The notes beneath the pieces were generated by a model. It searched no databases. It was not told where the DNA came from and worked only from the letters and a program-made list of their open reading frames with translations. This document shows, piece after piece, positions 43,336 through 53,864 of a DNA stretch of 64,000 nt. A program made the translations under genes and the position numbers. The DNA comes from an uncultured Pirellula sp. (GTDB lineage Bacteria > Planctomycetota > Planctomycetia > Pirellulales > Pirellulaceae), in the NCBI GenBank assembly GCA_964483385.1, contig CAZACJ010000001.1, positions 18,780 to 82,779 of the forward strand, given 5' to 3'. Positions within the stretch are counted from its first letter, which is position 1. Every line of letters begins with the position of its first letter.

Positions 43336-43658
43336 TTCAGGTCACCTTGAATGGACGCCCTATTGGGCGACGAAAGTTTGATTTTAGCGACGATGCTTTG
43401 GTGGGAACTTGGATGTTCATTGCCAACAGGCAGGCCGCGGGGATTTTAGTCACAGGGAAAGCCCTGCTGGGTGCGTCGCGGAGCACTCCACGCATCGTAA
43501 GCTTATGGGAAAACCTTCATCTTGCAAGCGTCTTGGGGGGATAGATGGGGGAGGAAAGGAGTAAATGTGTCATAGGGCATTTGTCGACCCACACCAAAAT
43601 CGTTACGATACCGGTTTCCTGGGGAAGCCGCGCACTTGGAGGTTGTTGAAAGGACGTC

Positions 43659-45323
43659 ATGACCAAGCACATATTTGTAACTGGTGGGGTGGTCAGCTCG
43701 ATAGGCAAGGGGTTGACGAGTGCGTCGATAGGGATGTTGTTGGAGGCCAGGGGATTGCGGGTGCGGATGCAGAAGCTTGATCCGTACATCAACGTGGATC
43801 CTGGCACGATGAGTCCGTACCAACACGGCGAGGTGTATGTGTTGGACGATGGCAGCGAGACGGACTTGGATTTGGGGCATTACGAGCGATTTACCAGTGG
43901 GCAATTGACGCGGGACTCGAATTACACGACGGGTCAGATATACCTTCGGGTGATTGAGAAAGAGCGTCGTGGGCAGTTTTTGGGAAAAACGGTGCAGGTG
44001 ATTCCGCACGTTACCAACGAGATTAAGGAAGCGGTGTTACGTTTAGCGGATTCGAACACGGACATTGTGATAACGGAGATTGGTGGGACGGTCGGTGACA
44101 TTGAGAGTTTGCCGTTTCTCGAGGCGATTCGTCAATTTCCGCAGGATGTAGGGCGGGAGAATTGTCTTTTCATTCATTTGACGTTGGTGCCTTATTTGAA
44201 GGCTGCCGCGGAGATTAAGACCAAGCCGACGCAGCATTCTGTGGGGCAATTGCGTCAGATTGGGATTCAGCCTGACGTGCTTATTTGTCGTTGCGAGCAG
44301 AGTATCTCGAGGGAGGAGCGTGAAAAGATCGCATTGTTTTGCAATGTAGATTTGCAGGCGGTGATAGAAGAGAAGGACAAGGATTTTTCGATCTACGAGG
44401 TACCTTTGTCGTTGAAGGATCACCGGCTCGACGAGTTTATCATCAAGCGGTTTGGTTTAAATGCGCAGCCATTGCGTTTGGATGCTTGGGACCAGTTGAT
44501 GTATTCATTGAGGAATCCGAAGCACGAGGTTAGCATTGCGGTGGTTGGCAAGTATGCTGAGCACAAGGACGCATACAAGTCGATTTATGAATCGATTGAT
44601 CATGCTGGAATTACTCATCAGGCGAATATTCGCATTGCGAGGATTCAGAGTGGGGACATAGAGGAAGAGGGGCCGGAGCGGTTGTTATCTGGATACGATG
44701 GGATTTTGATCCCGGGTGGGTTTGGGGAGCGTGGCGTTGAGGGGAAGGTTCAAGCGATTCGGTATGCGCGCGAGAAGGGGATTCCATTTTTTGGGATCTG
44801 TTTGGGGATGCAGTGTGCGGCGATAGAGTTTGGTCGCAACGTGGTTGGATTGGGGCAAGCCCATTCGACGGAGTTTGATAAGGACACTCCGCACCCTGTG
44901 ATTTGTTTATTGGATGAGCAGCGGAATGTTACGCAGTTGGGTGGAACGATGCGACTCGGATCGCAACCTTGTCGATTGCAATCCGATTCGATTGCCCAGA
45001 AAGCTTATCATACTCAGGAGTTGATTCACGAGCGTCATCGGCATCGCTATGAATTCAACAACGTTTATCGAAGTCAGTATGAAGCCCATGGGATGCGTTT
45101 TTCGGGATTAAGTCCTGACGGTGGTTTGGTGGAGATCATGGAGTTGCCGTCGCATCCGTTTTTCTTGGCCGTGCAATTTCATCCGGAGTTCAAGAGTAAG
45201 CCGACGAAGGCGCATCCGTTATTTGCGCGGTTTGTAGAAGCTGCGATTGAGCGACGTGGTGGGCGGAAGGCGAAGGGGGGAGTGGTCGCGGATGGTAGCA
45301 TTTCCGATTCTGTTACTTCCTAG
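43659..45323 (+). CDS. pyrG: CTP synthase
   Basis: 554 aa. [61 protein letters not shown]. Confidence 0.98.
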   Translation: MTKHIFVTGGVVSSIGKGLTSASIGMLLEARGLRVRMQKLDPYINVDPGTMSPYQHGEVYVLDDGSETDLDLGHYERFTSGQLTRDSNYTTGQIYLRVIEKERRGQFLGKTVQVIPHVTNEIKEAVLRLADSNTDIVITEIGGTVGDIESLPFLEAIRQFPQDVGRENCLFIHLTLVPYLKAAAEIKTKPTQHSVGQLRQIGIQPDVLICRCEQSISREEREKIALFCNVDLQAVIEEKDKDFSIYEVPLSLKDHRLDEFIIKRFGLNAQPLRLDAWDQLMYSLRNPKHEVSIAVVGKYAEHKDAYKSIYESIDHAGITHQANIRIARIQSGDIEEEGPERLLSGYDGILIPGGFGERGVEGKVQAIRYAREKGIPFFGICLGMQCAAIEFGRNVVGLGQAHSTEFDKDTPHPVICLLDEQRNVTQLGGTMRLGSQPCRLQSDSIAQKAYHTQELIHERHRHRYEFNNVYRSQYEAHGMRFSGLSPDGGLVEIMELPSHPFFLAVQFHPEFKSKPTKAHPLFARFVEAAIERRGGRKAKGGVVADGSISDSVTS

Positions 45324-45332
45324 GTTGTTGCG

Positions 45333-46178
45333 ATGAAGATTGATCTTCATGGCAGGAAGGCATTGGTTACTGGGAGCACACAGGGTGTTGGTGCAGCGAT
45401 TGCGACTGCATTGGCGGAGGCGGGTGCGACTGTAGTTTTACACGGGTTGCGAGAAGACTCTCTGGCTCAAGACACACTGGCTCGATGTCGGCAGTGGAGT
45501 TCCGGATCGCAGTTATCTTGTTTCGATTTGGCTTGTTCGATCGAGGAGTTGCGAACTCAGTGGGTTCGTCCTTTGCTTGCGGAGCATAGCGATATTTCAA
45601 TTCTGGTTTGCAATGCTGGGATCTACATTGATCCATCGTTTTTAGAAGTCAGTGAGAGCGGATTTGATCGAACGATGCATTTGAACGTCAAGGTTGGATA
45701 TTTTCTTTCGCAGATGATAAGTCAGCATTGGGTTCAGAGTGGGAGGGAGGGTCGGATATTGTTTACTGGGTCGATCAACGGGTTGTTATCCGAGCCGAAT
45801 CACAGTGTTTATGACGCTTCGAAGGGAGCGGTCAGTGCGCTGGTTCGATCATTGGCGGTCGAGTTAGCACCGAAGGGTATTCGAGTGAATGCGATTGCAC
45901 CTGGATTGGTGAGAACTCCATTGACGAATCAGGTATTGTCGGTCGATGCAGTAGGATTGGATTGGATGCGGTTGCACACGCCGAGTGGGCAAGTTCCTGG
46001 AGCGGAAGTGTGTGGTCCGATTGCGGCTTTTTTGGTCAGTGATTTGGCGACGCACATGCATGGCCAGACTGTGTATATCGATGGGGGTATGAATTCGTGG
46101 CAGCAACCTGACGTGCCTGTGGAGTATCGTCGAGGCTGGGAGTTGGAGCATGGTTTAGCGGGAGGGCAAGAGCCATGA
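45333..46178 (+). CDS. Short-chain dehydrogenase/reductase (SDR)
   Basis: 281 aa. VTGSTQGVG, NAGI, YDASK, GIRVNAIAPG. Confidence 0.93.
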   Translation: MKIDLHGRKALVTGSTQGVGAAIATALAEAGATVVLHGLREDSLAQDTLARCRQWSSGSQLSCFDLACSIEELRTQWVRPLLAEHSDISILVCNAGIYIDPSFLEVSESGFDRTMHLNVKVGYFLSQMISQHWVQSGREGRILFTGSINGLLSEPNHSVYDASKGAVSALVRSLAVELAPKGIRVNAIAPGLVRTPLTNQVLSVDAVGLDWMRLHTPSGQVPGAEVCGPIAAFLVSDLATHMHGQTVYIDGGMNSWQQPDVPVEYRRGWELEHGLAGGQEP

Positions 46179-46197
46179 GTTCCGAGGGGTTACTGCG

Positions 46198-46965
46198 ATG
46201 AAACCGCGTATTTTGGTTGTAGAGGACGAGACGCATTTAGCGCAGGGATTGAAATACAATCTCGAGGCTGAAGGATACCGAGTTTCGTTGGTGGACAATG
46301 GAGCCACGGCAACGAAGTTGCTTGAGTCGGATCCTTATTCGTTTGATTTGATCTTGTTGGATTTGATGTTGCCTGGGATGAGTGGTTACTCGGTCTGTAC
46401 ACGATTAAGGGAGTTGAATTCAAAGGTTCCCGTATTGATTCTCTCGGCTCGAAGTTTAGCGGAGGATCGAGCGCGAGGTTTTGATGTGGGTGCAAACCAG
46501 TACTTGAACAAGCCCTTTGATCTCGATGAGTTGCTAGCGAGAGTTCGGAATCTATTGCGTTTGCATCCTAGGCAGGAGGTGGAGGCATCGAGCAAGGTTT
46601 TTTCGTCGAAGGTGATTGAAGTTCGATTTGGTAGGGCTCATATCAATTTTGAAACGTATGAAGTCTACATCGACGGTCAGGAAGTGAAGTTGACTCATAA
46701 AGAATTGCAGCTGCTGCGGTATTTTGTTGAGAACGAGGGGCGAGTGATCAGTCGTCAGGAGTTGCTTGCCGAGGTATGGGACATGTCTGGCGAGATGCAA
46801 ACCCGGAGTGTGGATCAGTTCTTGCTTCGACTTAGAAAGTTATTTGAGGTGGACCCCGCGCATCCGAAGCATTTTCTTACGATACGTGATGCTGGGTATC
46901 GTTTTGTGGGAGATAGCAAAGAAGAGATTGCGACAGTTGGGGTGAAAGGAAGAGCAGATGACTAA
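46198..46965 (+). CDS. OmpR/PhoB-family response regulator
   Basis: 255 aa. VVEDE, LLDLMLPGMSG, YLNKPF and winged-helix LTHKELQLL...SRQELLAEVW...RLRK. Confidence 0.95.
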   Translation: MKPRILVVEDETHLAQGLKYNLEAEGYRVSLVDNGATATKLLESDPYSFDLILLDLMLPGMSGYSVCTRLRELNSKVPVLILSARSLAEDRARGFDVGANQYLNKPFDLDELLARVRNLLRLHPRQEVEASSKVFSSKVIEVRFGRAHINFETYEVYIDGQEVKLTHKELQLLRYFVENEGRVISRQELLAEVWDMSGEMQTRSVDQFLLRLRKLFEVDPAHPKHFLTIRDAGYRFVGDSKEEIATVGVKGRADD

Positions 46966-47872
46966 TCGACCGGATCCTAGGGTAACGCGCAATTGGCTCA
47001 AGAGCGCTTTTGCTTGGGCAGGTACCGCTTTGCCGATGTGTTACGGCCGTATTATGTTAGCGGTTGGCTATGCAGTTTTGATCGAATCGATTTACAGTTT
47101 AGGGAAATTGCAAGCGACCGAGACTCCAAGCGTATTAGATAAGGAGCTCGATTCCTTTGGACATGTTGTGTTAGGATCGTTGATTGGCTTTTTATTGGTG
47201 TTTCGGATGAATGCTTCGAACGCACGATATTGGGAAGGGCGTTCACATTGGGGGACGATCATCAATGCGAGTCGCAACATTGTTCGGGTGGGTGCTTTGT
47301 ATACGCGTGATGGTGGGAGTTTAGCGGATCTTGTGGCTGGGTTTGCGATCAGTTTGAAGTTATCGCTACGTGGGTTGCGGGATTTAGCGGAAGCGGCTCC
47401 GTTTTTGCCGCAGAGCGTAGTGGAGACAGCGCAGAGATTTGGAAATCAGCCGACGGCGGTTGCGGCGGCGATGAGTTCGTGGGTGCATCGTCACATGCTC
47501 AGTGGGGAATTGCCGCTAGAGATTACGAGGCATTTGGAGGCCCAGATTGCGGAGTTGGTCAATGCTCAGGGGGGATGTGAAAAAATACAAAAGACACCTT
47601 TGCCGTTTGCTTACGTGTCCTTGATTAAATTGTTGATATTGGTTTATTTAGCGACGCTTCCGCTGGTGATTTGTGAGCGTTTTGGGTGGTGGTCTCCGAT
47701 TCTCATGGCTGTGCTGTCTTTGGGGATGTTTGGGATTGAGGAGACGAGTGTTGAGATTGAGGATCCGTTTGGAACGGCGGCAAATTGTTTAGATTTGGAT
47801 GTTTTGACAATCACAGTGACCCGCGATACCGGGCAGCTTGCCCAATTTGCAACGCATGAAAACGCTTCTTAA
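46958..47872 (+). CDS. Bestrophin family (UPF0187/YneE) ion channel
   Basis: 304 aa. FLLVFRMNASNARYWEGRSHWG, CEKIQKTPLPFAY, IEDPFG. Confidence 0.92.
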   Translation: MTNRPDPRVTRNWLKSAFAWAGTALPMCYGRIMLAVGYAVLIESIYSLGKLQATETPSVLDKELDSFGHVVLGSLIGFLLVFRMNASNARYWEGRSHWGTIINASRNIVRVGALYTRDGGSLADLVAGFAISLKLSLRGLRDLAEAAPFLPQSVVETAQRFGNQPTAVAAAMSSWVHRHMLSGELPLEITRHLEAQIAELVNAQGGCEKIQKTPLPFAYVSLIKLLILVYLATLPLVICERFGWWSPILMAVLSLGMFGIEETSVEIEDPFGTAANCLDLDVLTITVTRDTGQLAQFATHENAS

Positions 47873-47922
47873 GGCGGGAGAATATTTTTCATTTCCGCTT
47901 GTTGAATTAGAGATTCTTTTAT

Positions 47923-47949
47923 TTGAGTTTCCGAAACAACTCGTATAAT
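47923..47949 (+). promoter_or_regulatory. Candidate sigma70-type promoter upstream of the GYF-domain gene
   Basis: TATAAT at 47944-47949 with TTGAGT at 47923-47928. The 15-nt spacer is short. Confidence 0.3.
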
Positions 47950-48054
47950 GGGGTGTTAGCAGAAGCAGAGACAATCTAGGTAGGGCCTCCGAGTCGATTG
48001 CAATCATTTTTGATTGATTGTTTGCTTGGACCTTTAATTGGGAGGAGATACCTG

Positions 48055-48300
48055 ATGTCTGCTGACTGGTACTTCATGAAGAAGGGTTTTTTTGGAGGAT
48101 CGAAGACGGTAGGTCCGATTGCTGAGTCCGATTTTGTAAGGCGGATACAGAAGGGGGAGATTGCCCCCGAGACGATGGTATCGAGCACATCGAAGACCCA
48201 CGGTCATTGGTTGCATTTGCGAGAGATTCGCAGTGCGGATCCGTACTGGAAGAAGTCCCAACCGAACTCTACCGAGCCTAAGGGGAAGAGTGCGAATTGA
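48055..48300 (+). CDS. Small GYF_2/DUF4339-like protein
   Basis: MSADWYF...TVGPIAESDF...GEIAPETMV...HWLHL. GGAGG 5' of ATG 48055. Confidence 0.65.
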   Translation: MSADWYFMKKGFFGGSKTVGPIAESDFVRRIQKGEIAPETMVSSTSKTHGHWLHLREIRSADPYWKKSQPNSTEPKGKSAN

Positions 48301-48325
48301 ATTTCGCTGGTTGGCTGAGGAAAAG

Positions 48326-48350
48326 AGCGTGGCATTGACCACGCTTTTTT
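48326..48350 (+). terminator. Intrinsic terminator after the GYF-domain gene
   Basis: AGCGTGG-CATTGA-CCACGCT followed by TTTTT. Confidence 0.7.
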
Positions 48351-48590
48351 AATGCGCAGGTGGCTGGTTGAAATGTTAATTGGTAGGAGTTAGGAAGATT
48401 GAAACGCGGGCTTTGGGGAATGGGTCTAGAAAACGTTGAGGCTGTTTGCAGGGATGGTAGTGACTATGCCGAAAAGAACGGCAGTCGGTCCCCTTGGATT
48501 GAGGTATTCTTTTGGGATGCGGAGAGCCAGGGCAACCCCTAGGACCGACTTTTTTGAATCAATGATCCGCGTTGTGGGGAGTCCAAACTG

Positions 48591-49301
48591 ATGCAAGGTA
48601 TAAGACCGCAGGCTCTTCGTTTAGTTTCGATGTGTACATCGAATCGCGCGGCGAGGTTAGTACTGACATTTGGGGTGATGGGATTTTCGGTTGAGTGTTA
48701 TTCCCAGGAGATAGCGGCGGAGGTCGGGTCGCTCAAGGCCTCGGTTGGCGAGGGTTCGCCGGTGGTTCTACCGCAGGAAGATATTCCTGGGGGACTGGAG
48801 GCATCGGGCGCTAATACTTCGGCCACTCGCAGTACGGAGCCTTTGCGGGTCAAGCCATTGCAGACCCCGAACACATCTATCTCAGGGATTGGTACGGGGA
48901 CGACACCTGAGGATGCCACGCAGGGGCGTTTACCTGCAGCGATGGCATTGCCTTATGGACCGGATCGTCAGCCTGGATGGAGTGTATCGACGAAGAATTG
49001 GGTAGCGCCAACATTTTGTCATTACCCGACTTATTATGACGATGTGATGTTGGAGTATCACGGGCACGAGCGTTGTCCGCCGTTGCAGCCGTTGCTCTCT
49101 GGCGGGCGGTTCTTTACGGGGATTTTCTTTACACCTTACCTGATGACTTTGCAGCATCCATATGAGGATGTGTCGAACGCTGGGCATTTCCGTCCTGGGA
49201 CTTGTGCACCGGGAGTTCGTCAGCGGGCACCTTATGATCCGACAGCATTGAAAGTTCAAGCGGCTGCGACGGCTTCGGGTGTTGTTTTACTTCAACCTTA
49301 G
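48591..49301 (+). CDS. Conserved planctomycete hypothetical exported protein
   Basis: 236 aa. Hydrophobic N-terminal segment, Pro/Thr-rich linker and C-terminal HYPTYYDD..LEYHGH...LQP..SG.RFF...GHFRPGTCAP motif. Confidence 0.6.
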   Translation: MQGIRPQALRLVSMCTSNRAARLVLTFGVMGFSVECYSQEIAAEVGSLKASVGEGSPVVLPQEDIPGGLEASGANTSATRSTEPLRVKPLQTPNTSISGIGTGTTPEDATQGRLPAAMALPYGPDRQPGWSVSTKNWVAPTFCHYPTYYDDVMLEYHGHERCPPLQPLLSGGRFFTGIFFTPYLMTLQHPYEDVSNAGHFRPGTCAPGVRQRAPYDPTALKVQAAATASGVVLLQP

Positions 49302-49316
49302 AGTGTCTGTGGGGTG

Positions 49317-50753
49317 TTAGGAGAGAATTTCTGTGGCGACTTTACCAGCTACGTCGGTCAGACGGAATTCGCGTCCGGCGTAGGGATATGTGAGTCGTTC
49401 GTGGTCTAGTCCTAGAATGTGAAGAATAGTTGCATGTAGGTCGTTGACATGCATCTTATTTTCTACGGCGTAGTATCCATATTCGTCAGTAGCGCCGTAA
49501 GCGTGGCCACCTTTGACGCCGCCACCTGCCATCCACATGCAGAAACCGTGAGGGTTATGGTCTCGACCATTGCCTTGTGATGTAGGAGTGCGTCCGAATT
49601 CGCCGCCCCAGAGGACGAGTGTGTCATCGAGGAGTCCTCGTTGTTGCAGGTCCGCTAGGAATCCAGCGATAGGCTTATCGACTTCAGCAGCGTTTTTGGT
49701 GTGGCCTTGGTACAAGTCCGAGTGTTGGTCCCATTGGACTTCGCTATCGCTGTGTGTGACTTGGACGAAGCGAACACCGCGTTCGAGGAATCTTCGAGCC
49801 ATCAGGCATTGTCTTCCGAAGTTTTCGGTGATGGGGTCATCGATACCATATTGTCTAAGGGTAGCTTCGGATTCGCTTTGAAGGTCTTGGACTTCTGGGA
49901 TACTCGATTGCATTCGGAAAGCGAGTTCAAAAGCGCCGAGTCGGCCGGCTAGTTCGTTTTCGCTGGGGTTTTGTTTTGCGAAATCTTCGTTGAATTTGCT
50001 GAGCAGATCGAGTTGGTTTCGTTGTTGTGCTCGATCGATTTTTTGGGGGGAGATATGTTGAACGGTTGCTTTTGCAACACTTTGGCTCGCGTTCCCAATA
50101 GGTGTGCCTTGGCAATAGGTGGGGAGGAATGCGGCGCCCCAGTTGTTTACACCACCGTGAGCGAGGGTTGGGCAGATGGTGACGAAGGCAGGTAGGTCTT
50201 GGTTTTCCGTACCGAGTCCGTAGGTAATCCAAGCTCCCATGCTTGGGCGCACGAATTGATCGCTACCGGTGTGGATTTTCAGGAGTGCTCCACCGTGTGC
50301 GGGATTGCTTCCGTGGAGGCTTCGCAGGATACAGAGTTTATCAATGTGTTTGGCGACGTGGGGAAAGAGGTCGCTGACGGGGAGTCCGGATTGACCGTGC
50401 TGGGAGAACTTCCACGGAGACTTGAGCAAGTTCCCTTGTTGTGCGAATACAACGCGAGGCAAATCGAAGGGAGGTGGTTTACCATCGTCGCGAGTCAGGG
50501 AGGGTTTTGGATCGAAGGTATCGATATGAGATGGTCCTCCTTTCATGAACAGGAAGACGATTCGTTTGGCGCGGGGAGGGAAGTGGGGTTTTTTGGGCGC
50601 GAGTGGATCGGACGATTGGTTCGAGGGGGATTCTGCGGCGAGGAGGGTATTGAGTGCGAGTCCACCGAATCCGAGTGCGGAGGATTGCAGTATGCGTCTT
50701 CTCGCGAGTAGGTAGTTCACGTTATCGGTTGATTGCATTTTTTTATGGGACAT
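49317..50753 (-). CDS. DUF1501 domain protein (twin-arginine signal)
   Basis: 478 aa. RRRILQSSALGFGGLAL, RAKRIVFLFMKGGPSHIDTFDPKP, RPSMGAWITYGLGTEN, GEFGRTP, GRDHNP. Confidence 0.95.
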   Translation of the reverse strand: MSHKKMQSTDNVNYLLARRRILQSSALGFGGLALNTLLAAESPSNQSSDPLAPKKPHFPPRAKRIVFLFMKGGPSHIDTFDPKPSLTRDDGKPPPFDLPRVVFAQQGNLLKSPWKFSQHGQSGLPVSDLFPHVAKHIDKLCILRSLHGSNPAHGGALLKIHTGSDQFVRPSMGAWITYGLGTENQDLPAFVTICPTLAHGGVNNWGAAFLPTYCQGTPIGNASQSVAKATVQHISPQKIDRAQQRNQLDLLSKFNEDFAKQNPSENELAGRLGAFELAFRMQSSIPEVQDLQSESEATLRQYGIDDPITENFGRQCLMARRFLERGVRFVQVTHSDSEVQWDQHSDLYQGHTKNAAEVDKPIAGFLADLQQRGLLDDTLVLWGGEFGRTPTSQGNGRDHNPHGFCMWMAGGGVKGGHAYGATDEYGYYAVENKMHVNDLHATILHILGLDHERLTYPYAGREFRLTDVAGKVATEILS

Positions 50754-53631
50754 ACATAGCCTCGCTGCAAATAAGTAGGTTTTGACAGACCAGTTCCCAC
50801 TGCAACTCCGAGTTGATGTTTGGTTGTGAAATGAATTCTAGGATGCGTTGTAATTCGGTGTTTGTAGCTTGTCTCCCGAGAACTTCTTTTACGATCCATT
50901 GAACACGGGATGTAGGATCGCTGGCGTTTGCACCGCTTTGTTGGGCAATTTTTTCCGCGGATTGGAGCACCCAAGGGGCATTCATCAGCATAAGCATTTG
51001 GGGGGCGACAATTGTCGCTTGGCGGTCGCCGACGGGCATTGTGGGATCAGGGAAGTCGAATTGTTCGAAGAGTGAGAAGAGGTGGTTTCGGATGACCGGG
51101 AGAAAGATTGTGCGTCGCTGGCTGTCGTATTTGGTGTGATCGATGGATGTGTGATCGAAGACGAATTGGCGGTTGCGTAAGGGCACGCTTTTGCCGCCGA
51201 TTTTCATGTCAAGGTTTCCGGATGCGAATAGGATTGTGTCGCGGATTTGTTCTGCATCGAGGCGTTGTATGGGGAAGTGCCAAAGGAGTCTATTTGCTGC
51301 ATCAACTTCTTGAGCGCGGAGGAAATCGGGATGATGGGAGCTCATTTGGTAGGTGGAGGAGGTGAGGATCAAGCGGTGGAGGGCTTTGATGGACCATCCG
51401 GATTCGATGAACCATCGAGCCAGGTAGTCAAGAAGTTCTGGATGGGAGGGTGGGGAACCAAGAGCGCCGAAGTTTTCGGTGGTATCGACGAGTCCGGTGC
51501 CGAAGTGCCATCGCCAGATGCGGTTGACGATGACTCGTGCAGTCAGTGGGTGGTTGGGGCTAGCGATCCATTTGGCGAGTTCGAGTCGACCGCTGCTGTT
51601 TGTTGGGAAGATTGGGGTGGATCCTTCGGGTAGCATGACTTCGGGGAATCCGCGTTCGACGATGGGTCCTAGATTTCGGTAGCTACCTCGGATGTGGATT
51701 GGGATTCCGTCAACGACGGCTTTGTCGGCAACAGCCATGACCGTTGTTTCATCGGGAGCAGAGCTTTCAAAGAGTCTCGCTTCTTCGGCAGCTTTGTGGA
51801 TGATAGCAACGGTGTCAGGATCGAGGGCGTGTTCCATTTTTGCGGGTATGGCGAGAAAGCCTGCCGGGTCGGAGAGCGCGTTGCGAGCCGCTTCGAGTGT
51901 AGGATCGGTCAGATGCTTGACGTTTGCATCTGCAGCTTTGGCTTTTTGCCACTCTTGGTCAGTTTGTGCGAAGAGTTGCCGATAGTATTCGCGGATCGCT
52001 TCTGAGTCGGAGTTTGCGGCTTTTTCGCGCCATGTCGCAAAGAGTGGATTGTCCGTTTGAGCTTCAAGAAAGCGGCGTGCGTTTGCGAGGACACGAGGAT
52101 GAAGTGGATGGGGTCGCAAGTCGGTTTTCGCTCCGGCCTGCGCCCAATCGTTCAGCGTTGCTTCGGTCGATAGAGTAGCAGCGACGGCTAAGTACTCAGC
52201 GGCATCGGCTCGGACTTGTTCTCGGAGTTTTTGGACCGCTTCATTTTTGAGTTTGTTCCAAGCTGCGTTCTTTTCGGCGACTTGCGCGTCGATAGTTTTG
52301 AGATGTTGTTTCTCATCGGGGGAGGCGAAGGAGACTTCGTTCCAGTGTTTGATCGCTCCGAAGTTGCTATCGCCAAACGTTTTTGTTCCTTTGAAAATTG
52401 CCGCGAGCGCGTAGTAATCTTTTTGTTTGATCGGATCGAATTTGTGATCATGGCAACGGACACATCCGAGGGTCATCCCTAGGAATGTTTTTCCGAGAGC
52501 ATCGATTTGTTCATCGATGGTATCCATGGTTAGTTTTTCTCGGTCTGGTTCCGCGAGGACTTTTGCGCCCAGGACGAGATAGCCGGTAGCGGTGATTGAC
52601 TCTCGGTTGGAATCGGGCAAAAGATCGCCGGCGATTTGTTCTTCGATGAATCTGTTAAAAGGTTTGTCTTGATTCATGGCATCGACGACATAGTCTCGGT
52701 AGCGCCAAGCGTTTCCGTAGGCGATGTTTTCGTCCAATCCGTTTGAATCTGCGTAGCGGGCTACATCTAGCCAGTGACGTGCGTAGCGTACGCCATATTG
52801 AGGAGAGTTTAGCAATCGATCGATTTGTCGTTCGATTGCCTCCGGTGCAGTGTCTTGTTCGAACGCGATGTATTCGTCGGCGGTTGGTGGTAAGCCGATC
52901 AAGTTCATGCTGAGTCGTTTGAGCAGTTGACGTCTGGGGGCAGCGGGGGCGGCTACAAGTTGATTGGCGTGGAGTTTTTCGGCGATGAAGGCATCGATGG
53001 GGTTTTGTGGGTGTTCGCTGTTGGGTTCGTGATGGGCTGAGATGGGGACTTGGGGTTTTGAGAGATTTTGCATGGACCAGAAGCGGCGTCCGTTTTCGAT
53101 ACTCATTCCGAGAGCTTTATTGGCATCGGAATCTTGGGAAGTTGGATTGTCGGGAGCATCTGGGATTTCGGAACGTGGGTCGGGGGCACCTTGCAAGACC
53201 CAATTTGTGAGGATGGAGATTTCGTTTTGTTGCAGTTTGCCTTTTGGTGGCATTTGCAGATCGGGGTTGTTGTATTGGATGGCCGTCAGGAGACGGCTCT
53301 GTTCAAGTTTTTTGGGATCGATAGCGAGTCCGCTATCTCCACCTTGTTGCAGTGCTTGGCGGTAGTCCAAGCGAAGTCCTCCTTGTCGCTCTGCACCGCT
53401 ATGGCATTCGTAGCAATGTTCGATGAGCAGAGGGCGGACTTTAGATTCGAAGAACTCGAGTTGTTGATCTGAGGGAGTAGATGGTGGCGATGTGGGATCG
53501 GATTGTTGAGCTTGAGCGGGGGGCGGTTGCAAGGTGCAACAAGAGAGAGTGAGCGACAGCAAAGTCGTGAAGGACAGCAACTTGAGTGACAGCCACTTTA
53601 GGATTCGTGTATTCCGGCGTGCAGGACGCAT
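50743..53631 (-). CDS. PSCyt1 + DUF1549 + DUF1553 protein
   Basis: FFESKVRPLLIEHCYECH, WVLQGAPDPR, YGVRYARHWLDVARYADS, CVRCHDHKFDP, ARVIVNRIWRWHFG. Start moved to ATG 53631. Confidence 0.93.
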   Translation of the reverse strand: MRPARRNTRILKWLSLKLLSFTTLLSLTLSCCTLQPPPAQAQQSDPTSPPSTPSDQQLEFFESKVRPLLIEHCYECHSGAERQGGLRLDYRQALQQGGDSGLAIDPKKLEQSRLLTAIQYNNPDLQMPPKGKLQQNEISILTNWVLQGAPDPRSEIPDAPDNPTSQDSDANKALGMSIENGRRFWSMQNLSKPQVPISAHHEPNSEHPQNPIDAFIAEKLHANQLVAAPAAPRRQLLKRLSMNLIGLPPTADEYIAFEQDTAPEAIERQIDRLLNSPQYGVRYARHWLDVARYADSNGLDENIAYGNAWRYRDYVVDAMNQDKPFNRFIEEQIAGDLLPDSNRESITATGYLVLGAKVLAEPDREKLTMDTIDEQIDALGKTFLGMTLGCVRCHDHKFDPIKQKDYYALAAIFKGTKTFGDSNFGAIKHWNEVSFASPDEKQHLKTIDAQVAEKNAAWNKLKNEAVQKLREQVRADAAEYLAVAATLSTEATLNDWAQAGAKTDLRPHPLHPRVLANARRFLEAQTDNPLFATWREKAANSDSEAIREYYRQLFAQTDQEWQKAKAADANVKHLTDPTLEAARNALSDPAGFLAIPAKMEHALDPDTVAIIHKAAEEARLFESSAPDETTVMAVADKAVVDGIPIHIRGSYRNLGPIVERGFPEVMLPEGSTPIFPTNSSGRLELAKWIASPNHPLTARVIVNRIWRWHFGTGLVDTTENFGALGSPPSHPELLDYLARWFIESGWSIKALHRLILTSSTYQMSSHHPDFLRAQEVDAANRLLWHFPIQRLDAEQIRDTILFASGNLDMKIGGKSVPLRNRQFVFDHTSIDHTKYDSQRRTIFLPVIRNHLFSLFEQFDFPDPTMPVGDRQATIVAPQMLMLMNAPWVLQSAEKIAQQSGANASDPTSRVQWIVKEVLGRQATNTELQRILEFISQPNINSELQWELVCQNLLICSEAMYVP

Positions 53632-53864
53632 GGTAGTTCCACGGGGTTGGAAGGTGGGGAGCCGCGGTGAAGGGTGGCGGGCGGTTGGTAGGGAGTTACC
53701 GGAGGTTGGTCGTGACGGTAAAGGGGTGGGATTAAGTTTGGTCAACCGACGCAGGTTATCAGCAACAGTCTGTGTCTTGCAATTATAGCACACGCTCGTG
53801 GTTGGGTGCAGGAATTGGCAAGTGGGGAGGGTCGGATTGCTTGGGGGAGTTTCGAGTGGATTTG

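Noticed and set aside
43336-43658. Cobalamin riboswitch upstream of the DUF6580 gene
   Set aside because: No recognisable B12-box or conserved core motifs on the minus strand.
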